Below are positions 1 to 7,697 of a stretch of 64,000 nucleotides of DNA, in pieces. Within the stretch, counting starts at the first letter, position 1. Every line of letters begins with the position of its first letter. Origin of the DNA: Rhodospirillaceae bacterium (GTDB lineage: Bacteria; Pseudomonadota; Alphaproteobacteria; Rhodospirillales; Casp-alpha2). The translations under genes were made by a program, and so were the position numbers. The stretch covers positions 222-64,221 of the forward strand of contig JAYNIR010000016.1 of the NCBI GenBank assembly GCA_038109305.1, read 5' to 3'. The notes under the pieces were generated by a model, which was not told where the DNA came from, did no database searches, and saw only the letters and a program-made list of their open reading frames with translations.

Positions 1-329
1 GCCATTAATAGATCAATAAGCAAAATCACCAAGAACATTATCGCGGCTACGATCAGAAACGCACTGGAGTTTAGAAGCAAATAAGAAAACCAAAACGCTA
101 GGGCGACAACGTTACTGAGAATTATGAGAGCAGTCGGATGGATAGGCGGCTTTTCCAAATGTTGCCCCCAATGTACCCCTGCCATAAATGCGCCAATTAA
201 TAATGCGTAAGTCCCAATGACCTTTTGGGCATCAAGTCCGAGGGGTAAATCTATGCCAGCTTTCGCTATCAAGAAGGCGCTACCGATAAACGGCAACACG
301 CCCATGTACATAAGGATGTATCGGATCAT
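1..329 (-). CDS. DUF3429-like integral membrane protein (partial, 3' end outside window)
   Basis: My own minus-strand translation from the ATG at 329 reads MIRYILMYMGVLPFIGSAFLIAKAG...LLIGAFMAGVHWGQHLEKPP...FLVILLIDLLM and is open to position 1. It has hydrophobic helices and a G-x-HWG motif as in DUF3429. It is absent from the ORF track because it is open at the window edge. It is AT-rich compared with the rest of the window. Confidence 0.55.
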   Translation of the reverse strand, partial: MIRYILMYMGVLPFIGSAFLIAKAGIDLPLGLDAQKVIGTYALLIGAFMAGVHWGQHLEKPPIHPTALIILSNVVALAFWFSYLLLNSSAFLIVAAIMFLVILLIDLLM

Positions 330-442
330 GTAACTTCATACTCCGCTGACCTTGCCCCTTCCTGCGCGACCCTAGGCCGTTTTAGTGCTGTCAGGGTCTG
401 GCGGAGGCCCACAGCGCTTGAACCCATAACTTTATTATTAAT

Positions 443-832
443 TTAAAAGGGTGTGAATCTGAGGGTGAGTATTTTCCATTTGTCGTAGTGCAATATCGGT
501 ATCTTTAGCGGCGTGCACTTTGGATTACGCAGCGCTCGAAGAGCCGTTTCGGCCAGCGCTGCAAAGGCGGGGTCTGTCCGAAGCCGGTCGTGGTCGCGAA
601 CCTTTGGCGTTTGGGCGTAGGTGCCGTCGCGGTTCATTCGGATTAAGATATCGACCCCCATCCCCTTATGATTATCCATTAGTAGCGGCGACATTTTCCA
701 GCATCGGCTAATCTGTTCCCTGATCATATTCGCCAACTGCTGGTCCGCATCCCGCGATAGGTCGGGATTCTGCGCCCCTGAGGCCCAAGTCAGAGAGCAC
801 AGAACAGCGGTGAGGAGGAGGACGCGTCTCAT
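443..832 (-). CDS. secreted protein with TolA/TonB C-terminal-like domain
   Basis: 129-aa ORF with an N-terminal signal peptide (MRRVLLLTAVLCSLTWASGA). The C-terminal pattern CW..(x)..V.I.M.RDG...P.V...DPAF.A.AE.A.RA...C.PL..P...Y..W....L.F.P resembles alphaproteobacterial TolA/TonB C-terminal domains. Confidence 0.55.
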   Translation of the reverse strand: MRRVLLLTAVLCSLTWASGAQNPDLSRDADQQLANMIREQISRCWKMSPLLMDNHKGMGVDILIRMNRDGTYAQTPKVRDHDRLRTDPAFAALAETALRALRNPKCTPLKIPILHYDKWKILTLRFTPF

Positions 833-877
833 GGCGAAATTCTTACCCGCGACGAACGAAAAAACAAGCCGCTACAG

Positions 878-1163
878 TGACCTGCCCCTACTGACTGGTC
901 CAGTTTGAATGTTAGTGCATTATCGGTTTTTGGTCTTAGCTGATCCGCTCCCATGCCGCCGTACTGCTTCTGCCAACGGTAGTACGTCTGTTCCGTAATT
1001 TGCACATGGCGGGTTCCGTCAATTCGAGACCGACCTTGCCCGACAAGCACATCAACCTGTCGCAGCTTCGAGACAATCTCTTCCGGTTTGTGTCGTTTGG
1101 TTGCCATCTTAGATCCTCCGTTGACTAAAATACACGGTGGACCAATTCACCGGGGGAGGATCA
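878..1163 (-). mobile_element. internally deleted, non-autonomous IS3-family element (IS407-like ends)
   Basis: Terminal inverted repeats are TGACCTGCCCCTACTGACTGGTCCA (878-902) and TGGACCAATTCACCGGGGGAGGATCA (1138-1163). About 20 positions match allowing small indels, with TG...CA termini. The interior holds only the first ~57 codons of an IS3 orfA, whose ATG lies 56 bp inside the right end. Confidence 0.6.
937..1107 (-). pseudogene. truncated IS3-family transposase orfA (helix-turn-helix N-terminus only)
   Basis: MATKRHKPEEIVSKLRQVDVLVGQGRSRIDGTRHVQITEQTYYRWQKQYGGMGADQL matches the conserved IS3 OrfA N-terminus. The remainder of the 92-aa track ORF (829-1107) reads through the inverted repeat into flanking DNA. 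There is no orfB. Confidence 0.7.
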
Positions 1164-1170
1164 CCATTTC

Positions 1171-1212
1171 AAAACCCCGGTCCTCGGTCAGAGGGCCGGG
1201 GTTATTGTTTTT
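1171..1212 (-). terminator. rho-independent terminator after the DUF4387 gene (potentially bidirectional)
   Basis: 11-bp stem with one mismatch (CCCCGGTCCTC 1175-1185 / GAGGGCCGGGG 1191-1201) and a 5-nt loop. An A-run and a T-run flank it, so the minus-strand RNA ends in UUUUG. Confidence 0.6.
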
Positions 1213-1227
1213 TATCAGAGAAAAATA

Positions 1228-1614
1228 TCAATTTTCCCCATACCGCGACCCCGGCGGCAGGCAGCTGCGGGGCAGGGTGACCTCGATTTCGCCGAGCAGC
1301 AGGAACGACAGGCACTTGCCGTGCAGGTCCTGGGCCAGCGCCGAGTTGACGCCGCCTTCGAGCGCGTCGTCGATGACGAAGTTCATGGCGTTAAGGTTCG
1401 GAAGCTCATAGCGCATGACGGCCGAGGCGCCCTTGTGGCGGAACAGGTCCTGCACGCGTTCCGGCGTGACTTGCGCCACCAAATGCGGGTAGGCGGCGGG
1501 CACATAGGCGATGACGGAAATGTTCGACCGGTTGCCCTTGTCCCCGGCGCGGCCGTGGGCGAAGGCATGAAGCGGCGCTGTCACGGTCTGCGGTTTGTCG
1601 GCTTTGGCGCTCAT
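1228..1614 (-). CDS. DUF4387-family protein (small partner of AtuA-like proteins)
   Basis: Starts MSAKADKPQTVTAPLHAFAHGRAGDKGNRSNISVIAY.... Its ATG overlaps the stop of the upstream DUF1446 gene (ATGA at 1611-1614). I chose the internal start over the 141-aa track ORF. Confidence 0.7.
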   Translation of the reverse strand: MSAKADKPQTVTAPLHAFAHGRAGDKGNRSNISVIAYVPAAYPHLVAQVTPERVQDLFRHKGASAVMRYELPNLNAMNFVIDDALEGGVNSALAQDLHGKCLSFLLLGEIEVTLPRSCLPPGSRYGEN

Positions 1615-2996
1615 GGCGCAACCTCCCCAGCCTTGATCTCTACCGGGCGGCACTGCGCCTCCACCGGACCGCGCGGCACCAAAACCGACGCCGTGTTGAC
1701 CTGACCCGTTACGTTGCAGCGGTACCCGCCGCCGCCCGCCGGGCCGGAGCAGAACAGGCTCAGGACTTCATCGTTCACGTATTGCGCCGTGGCTTTATCG
1801 TTCGTCCGGATGGCGGCGCGGAGGCGGTATTCGCCGTCCAAGGGCATGTTCGAGCCGCGCAAGCGGTCCGACGCGTCGTTATCGAAGGCAGCGCCCGCGC
1901 CGACGACCTCGATCCTGACGGGCTCGCTGACGCCCCGGCTGGTCAAGCGCTTCCGCACGATATCGGCGGCGAGCTTGGCGCGGGCCAGCGCATTGGGCCC
2001 GGCGTAGGTCAGCTCCGACTCACCCAGATACCCGCCGTCCGCCGAAACGGTCACCTTCAACGTCGCCGGCGGTTTGTGGCCGCGGGCACCCAGGACCCGG
2101 ACGCGGTCCTTGCCGGCGTCTTCCAGGGTCACTTGGGTGACGTCCAAGGTCACGTCCGGCGTCAGGTAGGCGGCCGGGTCGTGCATTTCATAAAGGATCT
2201 GTTCGGTCACCGTGGCCTTGGTGACGAGGCCGCCGGTGTTGTCCGCCTTGGCGATGACGATCTGGCCGTCTTCCGACACCTCGCCGATGGGAAAGCCCAG
2301 TTCGTCCATGCCGGGCACGTCCTTGAAGCCGGGATCGCAGAAATACCCGCCGGTGACCTGGCCGCCGCATTCCAGCAGATGGCCGGCGAGCGTCCCGGCC
2401 GCCAGTCTGTCCAGATCATCCTCGGCCCAGCCGAATTCGTGGATCAGTGGGCCGAGCACCAGCGCCGCATCCGTCGTCCGCCCGACCAGCACGACATCGA
2501 TGCCGAGTTCCAGCGCCGCCGCCACCGGGCGCGCGCCGATGTAGGCATTGGCGGCGACGATTTCCTTACCGTCGATTTTGAGGCCTTCGATGGTGTCGAG
2601 CGCCGCGATCTCGTCCGCCGCCATGAACGCAAGAAGATCGTCGCCTTCGACGACCGCGACGCGGACGCCCGCAACGCCCATTTCGTCGGCCAATTCCAGC
2701 ACCTTTTTCGCGCCCGCCAGCGGGTTGGCGTTGCCCAGGTTGGCGACAATGCGCACGCCTGCTGCCTTGGCGGGTTTCAAAACGTTCCTGATGTAGGGTT
2801 CCAGGTACGGCGAATAGCCCTTCGACGGGTCGCGCATCTTGATGCGTTGGGCGATGGCGAGGGTGCGTTCGCCCATGGCTTCGAAAATCAGATAGCGGGG
2901 GCCGTCGCGTTTGCTAAGCGTTTCGACCACGGGAATGCAGGCGTCAAGCCGGTCGCCCGCAAACCCGGCGCCGGAGCCGATGTAGACGGTTTTCAC
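1611..2996 (-). CDS. acyclic terpene utilisation AtuA-like protein (DUF1446)
   Basis: 461 aa starting MKTVYIGSGAGFAGDRLDACIPVVETL.... Length and N-terminal motif are typical of the DUF1446/AtuA family. It overlaps the upstream aldolase gene by 4 nt. Confidence 0.8.
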   Translation of the reverse strand: MKTVYIGSGAGFAGDRLDACIPVVETLSKRDGPRYLIFEAMGERTLAIAQRIKMRDPSKGYSPYLEPYIRNVLKPAKAAGVRIVANLGNANPLAGAKKVLELADEMGVAGVRVAVVEGDDLLAFMAADEIAALDTIEGLKIDGKEIVAANAYIGARPVAAALELGIDVVLVGRTTDAALVLGPLIHEFGWAEDDLDRLAAGTLAGHLLECGGQVTGGYFCDPGFKDVPGMDELGFPIGEVSEDGQIVIAKADNTGGLVTKATVTEQILYEMHDPAAYLTPDVTLDVTQVTLEDAGKDRVRVLGARGHKPPATLKVTVSADGGYLGESELTYAGPNALARAKLAADIVRKRLTSRGVSEPVRIEVVGAGAAFDNDASDRLRGSNMPLDGEYRLRAAIRTNDKATAQYVNDEVLSLFCSGPAGGGGYRCNVTGQVNTASVLVPRGPVEAQCRPVEIKAGEVAP

Positions 2997-3745
2997 GATT
3001 TCACACCCGCGACCATGCTTTTCGCTCCTTGGAGCATGAAGGCGTGTTCAGACGCGATGAAAAAGACGGTGACGCCGAGCGCCTTCAGGTCCGGAACCCA
3101 CGACGCATCGGGCGCAAAGGTGACGGCGGCCTTGCCGTGCTTCTTGGCGGCGGCGCCGACACGACCGATGGCATCGCGGACTTCGGGCGCCGCCGGGTCG
3201 GTGAGGCCAAAACACACCGCCAGGTCCGCCGGGCCGACGAACAGCCCGTCGATGCCGTCGACGGCGGCGATCTCGTCAATGGCGTCGACGGCTTCCGGTT
3301 CCTCGATCTGCGCCATGACGATGGTTTCAGTGTCTTGCGCCAGCACATCGGGCATGGAGCGGGTCGCGTAGCCCGCCCATCGGGTCGAACCGGCGAAGCC
3401 CCGACCGCCGTGGCCGAAGTGGGCCGCTCGGGCAATGGCTTCGGCTTTTTCCGGCGTGTCGACATGCGGGACGATAACGCCGGTCGCGCCTGCGTCGAGG
3501 GCGATGAGGATTTGTCCGGGCGATCCCTCGGGAATGCGGACCAGAGCCGGCAGGCCGAGCGCCCGGGCGATGCCTAAACACGCGTCCGCCGTGCCCCGGT
3601 CGAAGGGCGAATGTTCGGCGTCCAACGCAATGAAATCCATGCCCGCGTGGTTTAACACTTCGACCAGTTGAAAGGCCGGGGTTTTCAGAAACGTGCCGGC
3701 CAGGAGTTCACCAGCCAGCATGCGGTCGCGGAACGATTGGCTCAT
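2993..3745 (-). CDS. HpcH/HpaI-family (class II) 2-keto-3-deoxy-acid aldolase
   Basis: 250 aa containing ...GMDFIALDAEHSPFD...VRIPEG...LDAGATGVIVPHVDT...MAQIEEPEAV...IDGLFVGPADL, which are characteristic HpcH/HpaI motifs. Confidence 0.85.
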   Translation of the reverse strand: MSQSFRDRMLAGELLAGTFLKTPAFQLVEVLNHAGMDFIALDAEHSPFDRGTADACLGIARALGLPALVRIPEGSPGQILIALDAGATGVIVPHVDTPEKAEAIARAAHFGHGGRGFAGSTRWAGYATRSMPDVLAQDTETIVMAQIEEPEAVDAIDEIAAVDGIDGLFVGPADLAVCFGLTDPAAPEVRDAIGRVGAAAKKHGKAAVTFAPDASWVPDLKALGVTVFFIASEHAFMLQGAKSMVAGVKS

Positions 3746-3755
3746 GGATGCTGCC

Positions 3756-4742
3756 TCAGTTTCTATGCCCCGCCTTGCGGAGGCCGTCGAGGTTGAAGAT
3801 CATTTCATCCTTCAGGCAGCCGTCGAAGGCGTCGAGGATGTTCTGCATGGCCATTTTCGACACGGTCTCCACCGCATGATAGCTCTGCGCGCCGAAGTGC
3901 GGCGCCAGGATCACGTTCGGGTGGCGGGTGAGGGGATGGTCCGCCGGCGGCGGCTCGGTCGAGAACACGTCGAGCCCGGCGCCGAACACCTTGCCGGAGT
4001 CCAATGCCTCGGCCAGCGCTGCTTCGTCAACCACGCCGCCGCGCGCGTTGTTGATCAGGATCACCCCGTCCTTCATGGCCGCCAGCTCCGCCGGGCCGAT
4101 CATGTTGCGGGTGGTGTCGTCCAACGGCACGTGCAGCGAGATGTAATCGGCGTTTGCGAGCTCGTCATGAAAATCCGTCACCGTCCGCACACCCTGCTGG
4201 GCGGCCAGGTCGCGGTCCAGCGCGACGTCGGCGACGACCACGTCCATGCCGAAGGCCTTGCACACGGGTGCCAGTTTCTTGCCGATGCGGCCATAGCCGA
4301 CGATCAGCATGGTCGACTGGAACAAGTCCTTCGCCATGCCGAAGTTCATGCGCTCCGCCCACCGGCCTTCGCGGACGATGGCGTCCTGCGCCTTCAGCCC
4401 CCGGGCCAGGTAGGTCATCATCGCCATGGTGTGTTCGACAACCGTCTGCGCGTTGCCGCCGGCGGCGATGCAGACGGGGATGCCCCGTTCGGCGCAATGG
4501 TCGACATCGATGGAATCGCAGCCGACGCCGTGCCGCGAAACGACTTTCAAATTTTTCGCGTGTTTCAGCACGTCGGCCGTCAGATGCGCGGTGCGGACGG
4601 CGAGCGCGTCCACGTCCTTGACGGCTTCGATCAGCGTCGCCGGTTCGGTATCCGGCGGAATGAACCATTCCACGTCGTCCCGCGCGTCCAGAAGCGCGTG
4701 TCCCGCGTCGTGCATACGCTGGGTCACCAATACCCGTTTCAT
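3756..4742 (-). CDS. D-isomer-specific 2-hydroxyacid dehydrogenase family protein
   Basis: 328 aa with the Rossmann motif VGYGRIGKKLA and a catalytic-region pattern ...NNARGGVVDEAAL..AL..G...GAGLDVF..EP typical of this family. Confidence 0.85.
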   Translation of the reverse strand: MKRVLVTQRMHDAGHALLDARDDVEWFIPPDTEPATLIEAVKDVDALAVRTAHLTADVLKHAKNLKVVSRHGVGCDSIDVDHCAERGIPVCIAAGGNAQTVVEHTMAMMTYLARGLKAQDAIVREGRWAERMNFGMAKDLFQSTMLIVGYGRIGKKLAPVCKAFGMDVVVADVALDRDLAAQQGVRTVTDFHDELANADYISLHVPLDDTTRNMIGPAELAAMKDGVILINNARGGVVDEAALAEALDSGKVFGAGLDVFSTEPPPADHPLTRHPNVILAPHFGAQSYHAVETVSKMAMQNILDAFDGCLKDEMIFNLDGLRKAGHRN

Positions 4743-4772
4743 TCGATTGTTTCCTTCCCGGTAATGCGCCGG

Positions 4773-5675
4773 TTATTCCGCCGCCGTGACGCCGAAGTAT
4801 TTCTTCCTGGCGAGTGTCTGGCTCTCATAAATCGAGCCGCCTTTCAAGGGCGGCGGATACGGCAGGCGGATCGGCGCCGCGACGACCCGGGGTTCCAGCG
4901 TCGGTTCACCCTGGATGAAGGTCGCGGCGTAGGCATCCCAATCGGGCGCCTTGACGAAACCCCGAATGTCCCAGGCATCGGCGGCGGCGACTTGATACAA
5001 AAGCAAACGCCGGTCGCGGCCCGATGTGTTCTGGCCCGATCCGTGCACCGACCGCACGTGGTGAAAACTGCAGGCCCCGGCGCGGCCGGTGACCATTTCG
5101 GCATTCTTGACCGCCGGGCAGGCGTCCGGATCCATGGCGCCGATAAACCGGCCGTCCTGGTGATGGTCATAGGTCGGGCCGGTGTGGCTGCCCGGCACCA
5201 TCAGCATGGGGCCGTTTTCGGGCGTCATGTCGTCCAGCATCACGCCGACCGCAAGGACATCGTCATTTGTGTGCGGATAGAACGCCCAGTCCTGGTGCCA
5301 TTCCACCGGCGAGCCGTAGGTCGCGGACTTCAGGTTGATCTTCGACCCGTGAATGCGGAACGCCGGGCCGAGTAGGCGTTCCAGCACCGCCAGCAGTTTC
5401 GGCGTCCGCGCCATCTGATTATAAACCGGCACGTTGATGAACGGTTCCTTGATGCGTCGCACGCGGGGCCGCTCGGGCGTATGGCCGGGCTCCAGATCCA
5501 ACACATCCGTGTGGTCCGTGACCGCGCGCGCGCTTTCGACCAGGGCGTCGAGACTGTCCCGCATGGCCGCGATTTCGTCTGCGGAATAGACGTCTTCGAC
5601 GACGATGAAACCTTTTTCGCAGTATTCGGCGACCTGGGCGTCAGATACGACGGAGGCGGGGTCGAGTGCGGGCAT
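4773..5675 (-). CDS. phytanoyl-CoA dioxygenase (PhyH) family Fe(II)/2-oxoglutarate oxygenase
   Basis: 300 aa. It has the N-terminal pattern ...YCEKGFIVVEDVYSADEI..., a WHQD motif (His-x-Asp) and a distal FHHVRSVHGSG histidine region. Confidence 0.75.
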   Translation of the reverse strand: MPALDPASVVSDAQVAEYCEKGFIVVEDVYSADEIAAMRDSLDALVESARAVTDHTDVLDLEPGHTPERPRVRRIKEPFINVPVYNQMARTPKLLAVLERLLGPAFRIHGSKINLKSATYGSPVEWHQDWAFYPHTNDDVLAVGVMLDDMTPENGPMLMVPGSHTGPTYDHHQDGRFIGAMDPDACPAVKNAEMVTGRAGACSFHHVRSVHGSGQNTSGRDRRLLLYQVAAADAWDIRGFVKAPDWDAYAATFIQGEPTLEPRVVAAPIRLPYPPPLKGGSIYESQTLARKKYFGVTAAE

Positions 5676-5711
5676 GAACGGGTTGTTCCTTTGTTGGCGG
5701 GCGCTGCGGGC

Positions 5712-6428
5712 TCAGGCGAAATATTCGGGGAAGTGTTTGCGGATTTCCTTGGCCTTGAACACCGTGCCTTTCAGGTGGTCGCGGACGGCGGCTTCGGCTT
5801 TCTCCGGATCGCGGCCGGCGATGGCATCTATGATCGCCGTATGGTCGGATACGATATCCTTCGCCTTGTTGCCGACCGGCAGGTGCAGGCGGCGGAGCCG
5901 GTCCAAGTGCGCGCGGTTCGAGCGGACGACGTCCCACAGACCGCCAATCCCGGCCATTTCATACATGCGCTGGTGAAAAAAATTGTCGAGCGCCAGAAAC
6001 CGCGAATGCTCGCCCCGTTCGCCGGCGGTTTTCTGATCGGCAATCAGGTTACGCAGTTCGGTCACCTGATCGTCCTCGATGGCGCCCGCGAGGGTGCGGG
6101 CGACCTCGACTTCGACGCTGCGCCGCAAAAAATGGGCTTCGCGCGCACTTTGCACGTCAATATAGGACACCACGGTGCGGGATTGCGGGTAGACGTCGAC
6201 CAGGCCTTCTTCCTCTAAAAGAATCAAAGCCTCGCGGACGGGGGTCTGGCTGACCCCGAAATCGGCGGCGATGTCGTTCTTGGACAACACCATGCCGGCC
6301 GGCAGTTGCAGGTCGATGATCTTTTCCCGGAGCTCGCCGTAAATGCGCTGCACGGCGGTTTCCCTGGGCGCTTTTGGTGCCGCTTGCGTGGCGTCGGCAA
6401 TTGGGCTTTCATCAAGCATCGGCGGCAA
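5712..6428 (-). CDS. GntR-family (FadR/FCD subfamily) transcriptional regulator
   Basis: 238 aa. It has a winged-HTH region ...IYGELREKIIDLQLPAGMVLSKNDIAADFGVSQTPVREALILLEEEGLV followed by an FCD-like C-terminal domain. It is the first gene of the minus-strand operon and is divergent from the TRAP genes. Confidence 0.85.
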   Translation of the reverse strand: MPPMLDESPIADATQAAPKAPRETAVQRIYGELREKIIDLQLPAGMVLSKNDIAADFGVSQTPVREALILLEEEGLVDVYPQSRTVVSYIDVQSAREAHFLRRSVEVEVARTLAGAIEDDQVTELRNLIADQKTAGERGEHSRFLALDNFFHQRMYEMAGIGGLWDVVRSNRAHLDRLRRLHLPVGNKAKDIVSDHTAIIDAIAGRDPEKAEAAVRDHLKGTVFKAKEIRKHFPEYFA

Positions 6429-6480
6429 TCTAAAGCTGGAATTTCGTCGAAATTTCGGGGCAAGTCAGCGCCGGAATCCC

Positions 6481-6533
6481 TTGACGGAATAACTGATATA
6501 TTAGTATATCAATGCCGTAGAGTCAATGTTGAC
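6481..6533. promoter_or_regulatory. divergent promoter region with two inverted repeats (candidate GntR operators)
   Basis: TTGACG (6481-6486), then 17 nt, then GTATAT. A perfect inverted repeat TGATATA-ttag-TATATCA (6494-6511) overlaps the putative -10. A second inverted repeat GTCAA-tg-TTGAC lies at 6522-6533. Confidence 0.35.
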
Positions 6534-6563
6534 CAATAAATTCATCTCCAGGGAGGTCTAAGA

Positions 6564-7604
6564 ATGTTCAAGAAAATCCTTATGACGCTCGCCGTCGGCG
6601 GTCTGCTGGTGACGGGTGTCAGCGGCGATGCGTTCGCCAAGAAGCTCAAAGTCCAGGCCAGTTCCAAGGCCGGCGACTGGGCGCACAAATTCATGACCGA
6701 CAAGTGGGCGCCGAAGCTGAAAGCGATGACAGGCGGCCGGCTCGAAATTGAAGTCCTGCCGACCAAAGCCGTTGTTCCCCACCGCGAAACCATCGATGCG
6801 GTCGCCAACGGCATTCTCGACGGCGATCTGAACGCGGTTTCCTATTTCTCCGGCCGTGACCCGGTATTCGCCATGATCGGTGACCTGATTGCCGGTTATG
6901 ACACGGTCGATCAGGTGCGGACGTTCTGCCAATACGGCGGCGGCAAGGAAATTCTGCAGAAAGCCTATGACAAATATGAAAAAGGCAATGTCCACGTCAT
7001 CGGCTGCGGCCCGTACGCCAAGGAAGCCTTCGTGTCGACGATCCCGATCAAGGGCGTTGCCGACTTCAAGGGCGTGAAAGTCCGGTCGCCGGAAGGCCTC
7101 GCGGCCGAAGTCTTCAAGCGCGTCGGCGCCGCTCCGGTGTCGCTGCCGTTCTCCGAAGTCTACACCGCGCTCGAAAAGAAGGTGATCGACGCCGCCGACG
7201 CGTCCGCCCACGTGAACAACAACGCCCACGGCATGTACAAGGTTGCCAAGTTCCCGATCTATCCGGGCATCCATTCCATGGCCGTTCTGCAGTTCATCGT
7301 GAACAAGAAGGTCTGGGAGAAATTGAGCAAAGACGACCAGACCGCCCTCGAAGTCTGGTATCAGGCGGCCTATGACGCCATGCGCCGTGAAGCCGATCTG
7401 GAAGACCAGAAAATCGCCGACGCCCAGCGCAAAGGCGGCGAAATCACGGTCATCGACTGGTCCAACGAAGAACGCGCGAAATTCCGCGAAATCTCCGTCG
7501 GCGCCTGGGAGGACTTTGCCAAGAAGTCGCCGCTGGCGAAGGAAGCGCTCGACGCGCACCTGAAGTTCATGCGGGCCACCGGGCTCCTGAAGCCGGGTTC
7601 CTAA
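6564..7604 (+). CDS. dctP: TRAP transporter substrate-binding protein (DctP family)
   Basis: 346 aa with signal peptide MFKKILMTLAVGGLLVTGVSGDAFA and an SD GGGAGG upstream. It is followed by the TRAP permease gene. Confidence 0.8.
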   Translation: MFKKILMTLAVGGLLVTGVSGDAFAKKLKVQASSKAGDWAHKFMTDKWAPKLKAMTGGRLEIEVLPTKAVVPHRETIDAVANGILDGDLNAVSYFSGRDPVFAMIGDLIAGYDTVDQVRTFCQYGGGKEILQKAYDKYEKGNVHVIGCGPYAKEAFVSTIPIKGVADFKGVKVRSPEGLAAEVFKRVGAAPVSLPFSEVYTALEKKVIDAADASAHVNNNAHGMYKVAKFPIYPGIHSMAVLQFIVNKKVWEKLSKDDQTALEVWYQAAYDAMRREADLEDQKIADAQRKGGEITVIDWSNEERAKFREISVGAWEDFAKKSPLAKEALDAHLKFMRATGLLKPGS

Positions 7605-7615
7605 CCCATGACTCG

Positions 7616-7660
7616 TTACAGCCGCCGTGCCTCATCGGCGCGGCGGCTGTAAGTTTTATT
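7616..7660 (+). terminator. intra-operon hairpin/attenuator between dctP and dctQM
   Basis: Perfect 12-bp stem TTACAGCCGCCG (7616-7627) / CGGCGGCTGTAA (7641-7652) followed by GTTTTATT. A third copy, TTACAGCCGC, lies at 7670-7679. Confidence 0.5.
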
Positions 7661-7697
7661 CCTTTATCCTTACAGCCGCTTTCAAGGGGGCAGGGCG

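Noticed and set aside
829-1107. The 92-aa ORF read as an intact small transposase or regulator.
   Set aside because: Only the first ~57 residues resemble IS3 OrfA. The rest reads through the inverted repeat of the element into flanking DNA.
1782-3371. Long antisense or overlapping ORFs throughout the track. Examples are 1782-3371(+), 3693-5375(+), 6558-7559(-), 9597-11381(-), 19039-20478(+), 21903-22982(-), 25503-26699(-), 26329-28077(-), 33285-34460(-), 34470-35810(-), 49925-51667(+) and 60229-61452(-).
   Set aside because: Their translations are Arg/Gly/Ala/Pro-rich low-complexity sequence with no family resemblance. Each lies opposite a gene with clear homology-type motifs. These are the stop-poor shadow frames typical of GC-rich DNA.
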